From positions 24,676,001 to 24,740,000 of the forward strand of contig NC_086115.1 of NCBI RefSeq assembly GCF_963921235.1: DNA of 64,000 nt. Direction: 5' to 3'. Every line of letters starts with the position of its first letter. The stretch's first letter is position 1. Below are positions 37,729-50,425 of this stretch, piece after piece. Both the position numbers and the translations under genes were made by a program. Below the pieces are notes generated by a model, which was not told the origin of the DNA, made no database searches, and saw nothing but the letters and a program-made list of their open reading frames with translations. Source of the stretch: Mobula hypostoma (lineage: Eukaryota).

Positions 37729-38781
37729 AACTCTGTCAATAATACTGAATTATGATTTCCCCAAAATTACAGACTCACTGTGTTTATGGGGAATCAATAG
37801 CTTTATTAAAGAAGCCACTGGACTTCTTTGTTCTGCATTATATAACGTTATTGAGACAGTGTCTGATTTTCACTTGGGCTAAGTTGTGAATTAGCAGTTT
37901 AACCATCTTGCTTTTGTAATAAGACCACTTTATGCAGCCCACTCTGAACATTAATAATGATTGAAAACATGACCAGAAATCATCATTAGAAGTTATGACT
38001 TCTCAGTCAGTTTTCCTCCCAAATGTGGTTCCCTGGAAAGATTGATAATTTATAAAAATGCCATGCAAATCAGGCAATTTCTTTAATAACGATATTGTCT
38101 TATATGTGAAGGAGTAATGGGGATGTAAGTGTCGTTTAACATTTCACACTGGGCATTAATTGACAGAATTTGTGTGCTTAAATTTTTTTTTAATTCAGAA
38201 AATTAATATTCTCTTGGACAGGAAAAAAATGTGTATGAATATTTCATTCTCTCAAATAACTGTGCCTGAAAGCTTAGGTTTCTATTAAATAAAATTGATG
38301 GGAAACAGTATCTACCCTAAAGCATGTTTAATGTTGTTAGAGTGCAGTAGGAGTAAATTAAGCTGTATCAACCCCCAAAGTCTTTAATTTCGTTATATTT
38401 GAGTAGGAGTCAGACATGATGATGTCCAATTAAAAGAAGTCACTAATGTTGTTACATTTGAGTAGGAGTAAATTAAACAAAATTTATCCTGAAGTGTTAA
38501 TACTATTTTAATTGAATGCCATTCAGTCACTATGGTTCTATCCAATATTTTCTTTTAGCTCTGAGCCTAAATAAAGACTACAATGGGTCATCTTAACATA
38601 ATGTGAGAATAACATTGTACAGATACAATTTTTAGTGGGTTTATTTCTAAAGATGATTTATAATTGGAATATACTTTAATTTTATAGAACCAGTTCCAAA
38701 TTTTAAAATACTTTATTTTTGACTGTGTTGTGGACATAAACAATTACATTTAAATTAAAAAAATCATGTTTGCAAACTAAC

Positions 38782-39332
38782 TTCAATGGAATAAAACCAG
38801 AGATTTTCAATGCTCTCCCCTCTTTGGAGTGACAATATTGTCGGTAAATTTCTTTAGTTTGTGATGCTCCTATTGTACTCATAACCCAGCAAATGAATGC
38901 ATATAGAGTTTGATTCAACATTGGAACACCCAGCCTTAAATATGACACTCAAAGTCCACTTTACAACCAGTTGCAGCATGTTCTTCTTTCCCATATAAGT
39001 ATGGGAGATGCATCACCTCACTGCTCATGACTCCAAATATTTCTTCCAATTAATTTAGTACGTAATTGCATTTCTTCCAGGTTAGTATTCTGTATCATCA
39101 CTGCTTGTGATACAGCTTTCAGCTGTCACAATGGAGACACAAAAAGCAGATTGGATGATTGTTTCTGAAACAGTGTTACTGTACCCTGGACTTCGATCAC
39201 CTGTCACTTTAACGTTTTGGTCTACTTTCTGTTTTAATAGTGATCTTCTTAAGCTTGTGGAAGGGAACCTCAGGTTTCTAGATGTCACTTTGCAAACCTT
39301 TGACTTTAACATAGACTTTAACAATTTTATAC
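38782..39332 (-). pseudogene. Candidate exon of the same gene
   Basis: ctatgtttaag|GTATAAAATTG; about 83 open codons in phase 1 to TAA at 39082; possible donor gaa|gttagt at 38781. Confidence 0.35.
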
Positions 39333-39777
39333 CTTAAACATAGCTCCAGTCTTTAACAAGCTTAGATCTTAATTGTTGCTCCAAAGAGAAGATGTTGGCA
39401 ATGGAGAGTGGTTGGATCAATAACTCCAGAAATGGAAAGCATTCATTCAGTCGAGACAGTGATCTCCAATCCCTTCTGACCAGTGAAGTGATGTGTACTC
39501 TGGTGCTCCAGACCAGGGCTCCTCTATAGACAATGCCAGACCTATTGAGTTCCTTCAACATTTTGTGTGTTTCACCTCTCAATCTGCCGGAATCATTTAC
39601 ATATCGTGCAGTTCTCAGTTTTTCACATTATGTCTTTAATATAGGCCATTACCACCTCAGTCACTGAATCGTCAGCTCATAAGCATGGATTTTTGTTTTA
39701 GATTATTGTATTATATATTTTATGACATGAATATATTTAGTTTTGTTTATTTTTAATTTACAATTGAATTATGTAAA

Positions 39778-39980
39778 TTGACAATTTACAATAACCAGAT
39801 AGGCTACTAACTGTACATCTTTGGATTGTGGGAGGAAACCGGAACAGCTAGAGGAAGTCCATGTGGTCACTGGGAGAATGTACCAACTCCTTACAGATGG
39901 TGCCAAGATTGAATTCTGATCTCCTACACCCACTGCTGTGGTAATGTCGTACTAGCCGCAATGCCATCACGGTGCCCCAC
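39778..39980 (-). mobile_element. V-type SINE
   Basis: tgtgggaggaaaccgga..gtggtcactgggagaatgtaccaactcc core. Confidence 0.7.
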
Positions 39981-40044
39981 ATTTAGTTCCATTTTTGAGT
40001 TTTATTCCCTCATCTCTTTTACTTTGGCTCTGCTCGTCATTAAA

Positions 40045-41391
40045 CATCTGATATTGGTCAATATCTGATATTGGTCAGTATCTGATATTGATCCGTATCT
40101 GATATTGGTCCGTATCTGATATTGGTCCGTATTTGAAGATTGGTCAGTATCTGATATTGGTCAGCATCTGATGATTGGCCAGTATCTGACGATTGGTCCG
40201 TATCTGATATTGGTCAGTATCTGATATTGATCCGTATCTGATATTGGTCAGTATTTGAAGATTGGTCAGTATCTGATGATTGGCCAGCATCTGATATTGG
40301 TCAGTATCTGACGATTGGTCCGTATCTGACGATTGGTCAGTATCTGATATTGGTCAGTATCTGATATTGATCCGTATCTGATATTGGTCAGTATTTGAAG
40401 ATTGGTCCGTATCTGATATTGGTCCGTATCTGATATTGGTCAGTATTTGAAGATTGGTCAGTATCTGATATTGGTCAGTATCTGACGATTGGCCAGTATC
40501 TGACGATTGGCCAGTATCTGATATTGGTCCGTATCTGATATTGGTCCGTATCTGATATTGGTCCGTATCTGATATTGGTCCGTATTTGAAAATTGGTCGG
40601 TATCTGATATTGGTCCGTATCTGATATTGGTCAGTGTTTGAAGATTGGTCAGTATCTGATATTGGTCCGTATCTGATATTGGTCAGTGTTTGAAGATTGG
40701 TCAGTATCTGATATTGGTCAGTATCTGATGCTTGGCCAGTATCTGACGATTGGTCCGTATCTGATATTGATCCGTATCTGATATTGGTCCGTATCTGATG
40801 ATTGGCCAGTATCTGATGATTGGCCAGTATCTGATGATTGGTCTGTATCTGATATTGGTCAGTATCTGACGATTGGTCCGTATCTGATATTGGTCTGTAT
40901 CTGACGATTGGTCCGTATCTGATATTGGTCTGTATCTGATATTGGTCCGTATCTGATATTGGTCAGTTTTTGAAGATTGGTCAGTATCTGATGATTGGTC
41001 CGTATCTGATGATTGGCCCGTATCTGACAATTGGTCTGTATCTGACAATTGGTCGATATCTGATATTGGTCAGTATCTGATATTGATCCGTATTTGATGA
41101 TTGGTCCGTATCTGACGATTGGCCGGTATCTGACGATTGGTCCGTATCTGACGATTGGTCCGTATCTGACGATTGGTCCGTATCTGATATTGGTCAGTAT
41201 TTGAAGATTGGTCAGTATCTGACGATTGGTCGGTATCTGACGATTGGTCCGTATCTGACGATTGGTCCGTATCTGACGATTGGTCCGTATCTGACGATTG
41301 GTCCGTATCTGATATTGGTCAGTATCTGATATTGGTCAGTATCTGATATTGGTCAGTATCTGACGATTGGTCCGTATCTGATATTGGTCAG
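40045..41391. repeat. Satellite of 17/18-bp units, ~77 copies
   Basis: Units tatctgatattggtc(a/c)g (17 bp), tatctga(c/t)gattgg(t/c)c(a/c)g and tatttgaagattggtcag (18 bp). Confidence 0.97.
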
Positions 41392-41823
41392 GTCAAATTT
41401 GAAGGCAGAATACAGGGTTAATGGCAGAATTCTTAGCAACGTTGGGTCCTTGTCCATAGATCCTTGCAAGTTGCTGCTCATTGTTGCTATGTATTGTATT
41501 AGGGTCAGAATATTATTTTTCTTTTAGGTTAACTTTCTTTATGCCTGCTTATATGTTTGTATAATCACCTACTTGTCTGTAAATTCTCAGAGGATTTTCA
41601 GTAATTTATGGTAGAGCTGGTTCTGTACTCAGTTCTTTCTTTGTCTGTGAGCCTGAAGTGTCATGGCAACATAGATCAAAACTGCCCTTTTTATCTCAAT
41701 TATTTGAGGCTGTTGTTTTCAGAGAAGAACTCTGATAATTCCTATCTGTCCAGTTTGAACCAATCTTCAGAAAGAAAGACCGACCAGGAGTAGGTTATTT
41801 GTCAGAGTGAGTTGGTTATGTAA

Positions 41824-42490
41824 AACATAGAACACAGAACATTTAGGCACAGTACTGACCCTTCATCCCATGATGTTGGGCCAACCTTTTAACCTACTCT
41901 AACATCAATCTGATCCTTCCCTCCTACATTGCCCACCATTTCTCTATCATCCATGTGCCTATGTAAGAGTTTCTAAAATTCTCCAATGTATCAGCCTCTA
42001 CGACCGCCCCTGGCAGGGCATTCCATGCACCCTCCCTTCTCTGTGAAATAAATTTAACTCTGACATCCTCCCTATAATTTCCTCCAATCACCTTACAATT
42101 ACTCCCCCTCCCCCACCCCCCACGTATTAGCCATTTCTGAACTGAGGAAAAGTTTCTGGCTATCCACTCAATCTATGCATCTTATCAGCTAATACACTTG
42201 TCTCAAGTTGTCTCTCATCCTTCTTCGCACCTAGGAGTAACCCTGGCATGCTCAATTTATCCTCATTAGAGATGCTTTTTAATCCAGGCAACATCCTGGT
42301 GAATTTCCTTTGTACTCTCTCGAAAGCTTCCACATCCTTTCTATAATGAGGTGACCAGAACTGAACACAATACTCCCAGTGTGATCTAACCAGAGTTTTA
42401 TAGAGTTGCAACATTATCTTGCTGTTCTTGACTCAATCTCCTGACTAATGAAAGCCAACACACCTTACACCTACTTAACAACTTTATTAC
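41824..42490 (-). mobile_element. CR1 3' end
   Basis: ORF 42160..42414(-) LYKTLVRSHWEYCVQFWSP..ERVQRKFTRMLPG. Confidence 0.9.
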
Positions 42491-42527
42491 ATGGCAACAA
42501 TGGGGGATGTAAGTTAGAGTTAGTTAC

Positions 42528-42730
42528 CTGCTGCTGTGTTATTTGTTCGCCATACTTTTACTGTTATTTCTTTGTTACGACATCTAATAAAATCTTGGTA
42601 ACCACAAGATTTGGACCTCATTCTTGACTTCCATAGAAACTTCTGGACAATGTCGTCTCCAGGTCGAGCATAGGTCTGAATCCTGGACTTCTCAGCCAAA
42701 GGTTCTGTGAGAATGCTTTCACCATAAGGT
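42528..42730 (-). pseudogene. Candidate exon of an unidentified minus-strand gene or pseudogene
   Basis: Acceptor actttgaacatctgtag| and donor gcag|gtaact; 203 nt, fully open (PYGESILTEP..NNTAA); phase-compatible with the acceptor at 39332. Confidence 0.45.
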
Positions 42731-42883
42731 CTACAGATGTTCAAAGTAATTGATAACAAGCTTTCCAAGGACAGTTAGGGATGGACAATGGAATAATACA
42801 CATACACACACAAGATAGCCGACTCTGCAAGCTCAGGTTGGCATGACTCTATCTCACAGAGTATGAGGTCCATTGGCTAGCCT

Positions 42884-43620
42884 CAAAGTTCAAAGTACAT
42901 ATACATAACCATATACAACCTTGAGATTCATTTCTTGTAGGCATGCTCAATAAATCCATAATATAATAATAATCATAACAGAATCAATGAAAGACCGTAC
43001 CAACTAGAGCACTCAACCTGTGTGCAAAAGACAACAAACTGCGCAAATACAAAAAGAAAGAAATAATAATAAATCAATAAGCAATAAATTTTGAGAACAT
43101 GAAATGAAGAGTCCTTAAGTGTCCTGAATGGTGGGGGTCCCTGATGATGGATTCCGGTTTCCTAACGGTGTTTCAATCACATTTCAAAGAGGATCCAATT
43201 GCACAATAAAGCATCGAGACAAGATCTTGGACCTTATTGATTAGTTTTCAGGGGATAATGGTGTTGAATGCTAAGCTGTAATTGATTAAGAGCATCCTGA
43301 TGTATGCTTCTTTGCTGTTCAGGTGTTCCAGGGTTGTGTGAAGAGCCAATGAGATGGCATCTGCTGTGGACCTGTTGCTCGGGTAGGCGAATTGGATCAG
43401 ATCCAAGTCATTTCTCAGGCAGGAGATGACAAGTTTCATCATCAGCCTCTCAAAACTTGAATGCCTCTGGTCTGGCCCTCAGCAGATTGCAGATCTCATG
43501 GTTCATCCAGGGCTTCTGACTGGGGAAGACTCTAAATGAGTTTGTGGGGACACACTCGTCTACACTGTTTTAATAGAGTCCATTACAGCATCGGTGTAAT
43601 TCAGATCCGTAGATGAGTCA
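42884..43620 (-). mobile_element. Rex1/Babar 3' tail and RT fragment
   Basis: QFAYPSNRSTADAISLALH..IRMLLINYSLAFNTIIP. Confidence 0.85.
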
Positions 43621-45607
43621 CAGAACATGGAACAATACAGCACAGGAACAGGCCTGTTGTCCCACAATGTTGTGCCAAACCAGCTAAAATTAAATCAAGA
43701 GCACCCAAATACTAATCCCTCCTACCTACACAATGTGCATATCCCTCCATCTTCCTTACATGCACGTGCCTATATAAATGTCTCTTAAAGGTCTCTACAA
43801 CACACACAAAATGCTGGAGGAACTTGGCAGGCCAGGCAGCATCTATGGAAAAGAGTACAGTCGACATTTCAGGCCGAGACCCTCCAGCAGGACTTAAAAG
43901 TCTCTGATGTATTTGCTCCTACACCATACCAGGCAGTGCATTCCAGGCATACACCACTCTCTGATTAAAAAACTTACCCCTCATATCCCTTTTTAACCTT
44001 CCCCCCTCATCTTCAAGTGTATTAGACATTTCAACCCTGGGAAACAGATACTCCCTGTCTATTCTATTTATGCCTCTCATAATCTTATAAACCTCTATCA
44101 TATCTCCCCTCAGCCTCTGAGCTCCAGAGAAAACAATGCATATTTGTCCAGCCTTCCATGGTAGCATGTGCTCTCTAAACCAGGTAGCATCCTGGTAAGC
44201 CTCTTTTACACCCTCTCCAAAGCCTCAACTTCCTTCCTATAGTGGGGTAACCAGAATTGTATGCAATACTCCAGATGTGGCCCAACCAGAGTTTTATAAA
44301 GTTGCAACATAGCCTCTTGACTTTTGAACTCAATGCCTCGAGTAATAAAAGCAAACATTCCTTAAGGCTTCTTATCTACCTTATCAACCTGTGTAGTTGC
44401 TCTCAAAGAGCTATGAAATTGGACACCAAGATCTCTCTGCTCAGCAACACTGTTAAGGATCTTGTCTTTAACAGCATACTATCTTCTTGCATTTGCCCTA
44501 CCAAGGTACAACACCTCACATTTACCTAGGTTAAACTCCATCTGCCGTTTCTCTGCCCATATCTGCAACTGATCTATGTCATGTTGTATTCTTTGCCAGT
44601 CTTCTACACTGTCCACAACTCCACCAATCCACAAACTTACTAACCCACCTACCTACATTTTCTTCCAGGTTGTTTATATACATCACAAACAGCAGAGAGG
44701 TCCCAACACACATCCCTGTGGGACTTCACTAATTATAGACCTCCAGCTCAAGTAAGTCTCTTCAACTACTACCTTCTGTCTTCTATGCGCAAGCCAGTTC
44801 TGAATCCAAAAAGCCAGTTTGCCACAGACCCCATACATCTTAATCTTCTGGATTAGCCTCCCATGAGGGAATTTGTTAAATCCTTTACTAAAAATCTATG
44901 TAGACAATATCCACTGCCCTACCCTATCAATCTCCCTCGTCACCTTGTCAAAAAACTCAATCAAGTTGGTAAGACACAACGTCCCCCACACAAAGCCATG
45001 CTGGGTCTCCCTAATTAGACCATGGGTTTCCAAATGCCCATATATCCTATCCCCGAGAATTTCCTCCAGCAATTTCCCTACATGAGACACACTAGTCTAT
45101 AATTCCCAGTTCCCTTGTTCTCTTCTTAAATAGAGGTACAACATTAGCCACTCACTAGTCCTCTGGGACCTTGCCTCTGCCTAGAGAGGACACAGAGATA
45201 CTGGTTAAGGCCCCAGCACTCTTGCCTCCTTCAATAACCTGGGGTAAATCCCATCATGCCCTGGGGATTTATCCATCTTAATACTCATTAGGCATCCCAG
45301 CACTTCCTCCTCCTTGACCTCTAAATGCCCTAACATATTTATACACTTAGCACTGACCTCCTGGTGCTCAATATCCTTTTCCTTGGTAAATAATGAAGCA
45401 AAATACTCATTAGGTACCTCACTCACATTCTCCACATCCAAGCAAATGTTCCTGCCTTTATTCTTGGGTGGTCCTACCCCCTCCCTCGTTATCCTCTTAG
45501 TCTTGATCTATGCCTTGGAATTCACCTTCATCCTACTTGCCAAGGATTTTTCATGGTCCCTCTTGGCTTTCCTAATTCCCCTCTTTAGTTCTTTTCTGGC
45601 TTCTTTA
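43621..45607 (-). mobile_element. CR1 LINE (family A), hosting a Penelope terminus at 43797-43895
   Basis: DKSPGHDGIYPRLLKE, QHGFV..CLTNLIEFF, LRGDMIEVYKIM. Confidence 0.9.
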
Positions 45608-47278
45608 CAAGACAAAGGAGCAGAAGTTGGCCATTTGGCCCATCGACTCTGCTCCGCCATTTTGTCATGAGCTGATCCATTCTCCCGTTTAGTCCCACTC
45701 CCTGCCTTCTCACCATAAACTTTGATACCCTGGCTACTCAGATACCTATCAATCTCTGCCTTAAATACACCCAATGACTTGACCTCCACTGCCGCCCGTG
45801 GCAACAAATTCCACAGATTCACCACCCTCTGGCTAAAAAAATTTCTTCGCATCTCTGTTCTGAATGGGCGCCTTTCAATCCTTAAGTCGTGCCCTCTCGA
45901 ACTAGACTCCCCCACCATGGGAGACAACTTTGCCACATCCACTCTGTCCATGCCTTTCAACATTCGAAATGTTTCTATGAGGTCTCCCCTCATTCTTCTA
46001 AACTCCAAGGAATACAGTCCAAGAGCAGTCAAACGTTCCCCATATGTTAACCCTCTCATTCCCGGAATCATTGAATCAGTGAATCTTCTCTGTACCCTCT
46101 CCAACGTTAGTACATCCTTTCTTAAATAAGGAGACCAAAACTGCCCACAGTACTCCAAGTGAGGTCTCACCAGTGCCTTATAGAGCCTCAACATCACATC
46201 CCTGCTCCTATACTCTATTCTTCTGGAAATGAATGCCAACATTGTATTCGCCTACTTCACCACCAACTCAACCTGGAGCTTAACCCTAAGGGTATCCTGC
46301 ACGAGGGCTCCCAAGTCCTGTTGCATCTCAGAACTTTGAATTCTCTCCCCATTTAAATAATAGTCTGCCTGTTTATTTCTTCTACCAAAGTGCATAACCA
46401 TACACTTTCCAACATTGTATTTCATTTGCCACTTCTTTGGCCATTCTCCCAATCTATCCAAGTCTCTCTGCAGACTCTCTGTTTCCTCAGCACTACCGGC
46501 CCCTCCATCCTATCTTTGTATCATCAGCAAACTTAGCAACAAAGCTATCTATTCCATAATCCAAATCGTTGATGTACAACGTAAAAAGAAGCGGCTCCAA
46601 CACGGACCCCTGTGGAACACCACTGGTAATCGACAGCCAACCAGAATAGGATCCCTATATTCCCACTCTCTGTTTCCTGCCAATCAGCCAACGCTCTATC
46701 CACGTATGTAACTTTCCTGTAATTCCATGGGCTCTTATCTTGTTAAGCAGCCTCATGTGTGGCACCTTGTCAAAGGCCTTCTGAAAATCTAAATACACAA
46801 CATCCACTGCATCTCCCTTGTCTAGCTTACTTGTAATTTCCTCAAAAAATTGCAATAGGTTTGTCAGGCAGGATTTTCCTTTAAGGAAACCATGTTGAGT
46901 TCTGCCTATCTTGTCATATGCCTCCAGGTACTCTGTAACCTCATCCTTGACAATCGACTCCAACAACTTCCCAACCACCAATGTCAAGCTAACAGGTCTA
47001 AAATTTCCTTTTTGCTTCCTTGCCCCCTTCTTAAATAGCGGAGTGACATTTGCAATCTTCCAGTCCTCCGGAACCATGCCAGAATCTATTGACTTTTGAA
47101 AGATCATCGCTAATGCCTCCACAATCTCCATAGCTAGTTCCTTCACAACAGGATGGTGCATTCCATCTGGTCCGGGAGATTTATCTACCCTTGGACTATT
47201 CAGCTTCCTGAGTACTTTCTCTGTCATAATTGTGACTGCAACACTTCTCTTCTCTGACACCCTTGAGTGTCCGGTATA
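45608..47278 (-). mobile_element. Younger CR1 LINE (family B) nested in family A
   Basis: ORFs 46655..47299 and 45508..46242: NFRPVSLT, QHGFLKGKSCLTNL, YLDFQKAFDKVPH, LYKALVRPHLEY. The host appears to resume at ~47281. Confidence 0.92.
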
Positions 47279-47304
47279 TATATTCCTCATGTGCTTCATT
47301 TTGT

Positions 47305-47712
47305 CCTAATTTCTGAAGCTTTACATACTTTTCCTTGAACACGGCCCGGTCCACTGACTCAAAGCATTCCTGTAGCCGCTCTTCTGTCTCCTGTGACCAC
47401 CTCTTTGCTGTCCTAATTTCTGGAGCTTTGTTCTTTAGCCTCTACCCGTTTACAGGTCGGAGAATGACAGCCAAGTGATCGGATTTACCAAAATGTGGTC
47501 TGGACATGGAAAGGTGGTCATTCCTTATCTTAGTATAACAGTGTCTAGAGCATTGGGACTTCTGATGCTACAGGTTATATGCTGATGGTAATTGCACTGG
47601 GTTTTCTTCAAACAAGCCTTGTTGATGTCCTCGATTATGATTTGAAGTACGTTGGGATGGATTGTTTCTTGTATGGAGACACCATTACGCAGTATCTCAA
47701 GTGCTTGATTAA
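47305..47712 (-). mobile_element. Rex1/Babar endonuclease fragment
   Basis: Minus strand LDHCYT-like and PHFGKSDHLAVIL. Confidence 0.7.
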
Positions 47713-50047
47713 ATTTTATGACCTATTAAAGACACTTTGTCCTCACAGATAATCATCACATTTTAAATTCTGATCTTTTGCCCTTTGTTCTACTGGACAT
47801 GTGAATTGAACACCAACAATCAATAATTTCGCTTCCTGCAATCATTCACAAAATAGTTTTGTCAGCTTGCATTTTCTATGTGACAGTTTGTCTGGCTCCA
47901 GGTAGGTGACCCTATCCAAGCCTGGCCAAACCACTATTTTCTGCTAGACTCTGTCAATCTAATTTGTGTGGGGTGACTAGCAGGAGGTATGCTAATTGTC
48001 AATGCCATTGTTCTTCTTAATCAGACAGTTGACTGATAGTGTTAAATTAAAATACTCTATAAATGTACAGCAGAGGGAGCAATCTTCAAGTAAGTGCAGA
48101 GGCATATTTGCCCAAAGGTTCTGGTCACCAAGTCAAGACATCAGAAGGTTCAGAAGTGGGACACAGTTGGTCATTTTGGTCAGTGGTTCTTTACTAAATA
48201 CTCCGTGCTCCTGAAGCTTGGCTGGAGATCTGATATTTTTAGTGTCGAGAATCTTATCTCTGTGAATTTGAGCTTGGGAAGTCAGTGACTTCATGGTTGC
48301 TCAAGGTTGCACTGTGGCCAGTGGTGGGGAAGTCGTGGTAGGCTGTGGTCATCATATCTCAGCATCTGGCGTGAGGTGGCATGGGATAACAGTACTTGTT
48401 GATAGCTTAGCTGGAGAATTTGGGATGGCTGGTGGTCTATTGCTGTCAGGGGATCCAAGATGGAGGTAAGTAATTGATTTACCTAGCAGGGTTCCTGGTC
48501 TAGGACCACACAGATAACACTGTGTTGGCCCAGGGGCATTCAACATTAGTTGTGCAGGAGATAGTGTAGTTTATATTTGTCTACCCCTACACCACCTCTG
48601 CCCTTACCACTGCTCCAATGGATGTTTTGTCTAGAGAACAATGCCATTCTGTGCATCCAAAATGGAAATTGCACTTGGCGTTTTGTAGGTGAAATTTCCA
48701 GTTGAACTTCTCGACTGATTTGAAACTATCTAGAAATAGTAATGATCATGTTTCATACTGGGAAATTAAATCAACTTTCAGTTGTAAAATGCTGTAAACA
48801 AACTGCAGTGCAATTCAATTTCTGGGCAATTAGCAAGGACAGTGAAGTCAGCTTGATATTACACTAGCCAAATTAATCTGACCTGCCATTACATTATGCT
48901 AGCACCGGATGCACAAAAAGAACTGTGTCCCATCTTCCAACAATATAGTTCTCAACATATCAATACAAAAGCAGAAGGTAGAAATTAAAAGAGGTCCCAA
49001 AAGTGTGTACAAAATGAGAGACAAATAGGAGAATTAACAAGTGAAAGGAAATTTGAAAACTCGTTCAAGTGGGATAGAGGGACAGGTACAAATAAGAAGG
49101 TGTTTGGGATTGGAGACATCAGCGCTACAGATATATAACACTTTAGATAAGGTTGTCATTTCTGGTTGGACAGCCTATTCTCATTTCATCAGATGACATA
49201 TCTCAATGTCTTTTCTCCATTAGTACATTTTCTAATCTACTATCAAGGATCAAACATCAACTGTTATTCATATTTGGCGTAATTTAATTTAATAATTTGG
49301 AATTTATATGTATTTGGAATTTGTTGTGACGCATTGGCACAACATGCAACAAGAATATTTGACAACTATAAAGAATAAAGAATCATATATAAAAACAAAT
49401 AGCTAATAAACTTAGAGATTAAAGGACTGATGTGGAATAAAATGAGCATAAATACATGTATTTACAAAGTAAGCAGCATTATTAAATGTAATTTAAAATG
49501 TCCACAGTGAGTATGGTGCAGTGACAGGGGGAAATAAATATACTGGGATGGAAGGAATCGGGCAGCAGGGAGTTTGGACAAGGTGGGATGAGCAACACGA
49601 TTTATTTTGATTCCACTGCTATCTAGTTTCTAGTTGCTCACTGTGGTATATGACCGATTAATCTTAAAATTATGGAAACTTTCCCATTCTTCCCTACCCC
49701 TGAGACAGTTCTGGGGCTGTGAATCATTGGGGCAGAAAGTAATTAATACCAGAAGGCAGAAGTCGTTGAGACGGACAGTCAGTCTGTGAGTGTGGAAAAT
49801 AGAGACAGACTTCTGGAGTCTTTGGCTTTTAGAACAGAGGGTGGATGTTCTTGTAGGGTGTGGGCTTTACAGATAATGATTAATAATGGGGGTAGTCTAT
49901 GAATATTAATTTGTACTGAGAATGGAAGAAAATATTAGGCTCTGAATGTTAGAAGAATAGCCACTTGGATTGCACAAGAACAGTGAGAAATGCCAAAGTG
50001 TGACGACATAGAAAATGATGAAACTGTGCTTAATCAATCTCTATATA

Positions 50048-50425
50048 AACACAAGTTTCTGCAGATGCTGGAAATCCAGAACAATACACACAAAATGCTG
50101 AAGGAGCTTAGCAGGTCAGGCAGCATCTATGGAGAGGAATAAACAGTTAACGTATTGGGCTGGGACTCAAAGACGTCGACTGTTTATTCAAAGAGGAGCT
50201 AGCTCTTCTTTCAGTTAGTCCTGACGAAGGGTTTCGGCCCGAAACGTCGACTGTAACTCTTCCCAGAGATGCTGCCTGGCCTGCTGCGTTCTCCAGCAAC
50301 TTTTATGTGTGTTGCTTGAAATTCCAGCATCTGCAGATTTCCTGGTGTTTGTGACTGTTTATTCCTCTCTGTCGATGCTGCTTGACCCATGGAGCTCCTC
50401 CAGTGTTTTGTGGCCGTTGCTTTCA
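50048..50425. mobile_element. Cluster of Penelope terminal repeats: an inverted pair plus a nested younger copy (50190-50352)
   Basis: 12-bp duplication gactgtttattc at 50178-50189 and 50353-50364. Confidence 0.8.
50217..50252 (+). ncRNA. Putative minimal hammerhead ribozyme (Penelope family B)
   Basis: agtc-CTGACGA-a-gggtttcggccc-GAAA-cGTC-gact; all core nucleotides present; predicted cleavage after C50248. Confidence 0.75.

Noticed and set aside
40045-41391. CRISPR-like array, or repeat protein ORF 40701..41048
   Set aside because: Units are contiguous with no unique spacers, there are no cas genes, and the context is eukaryotic. Mixed 17/18-bp units shift the frame constantly.
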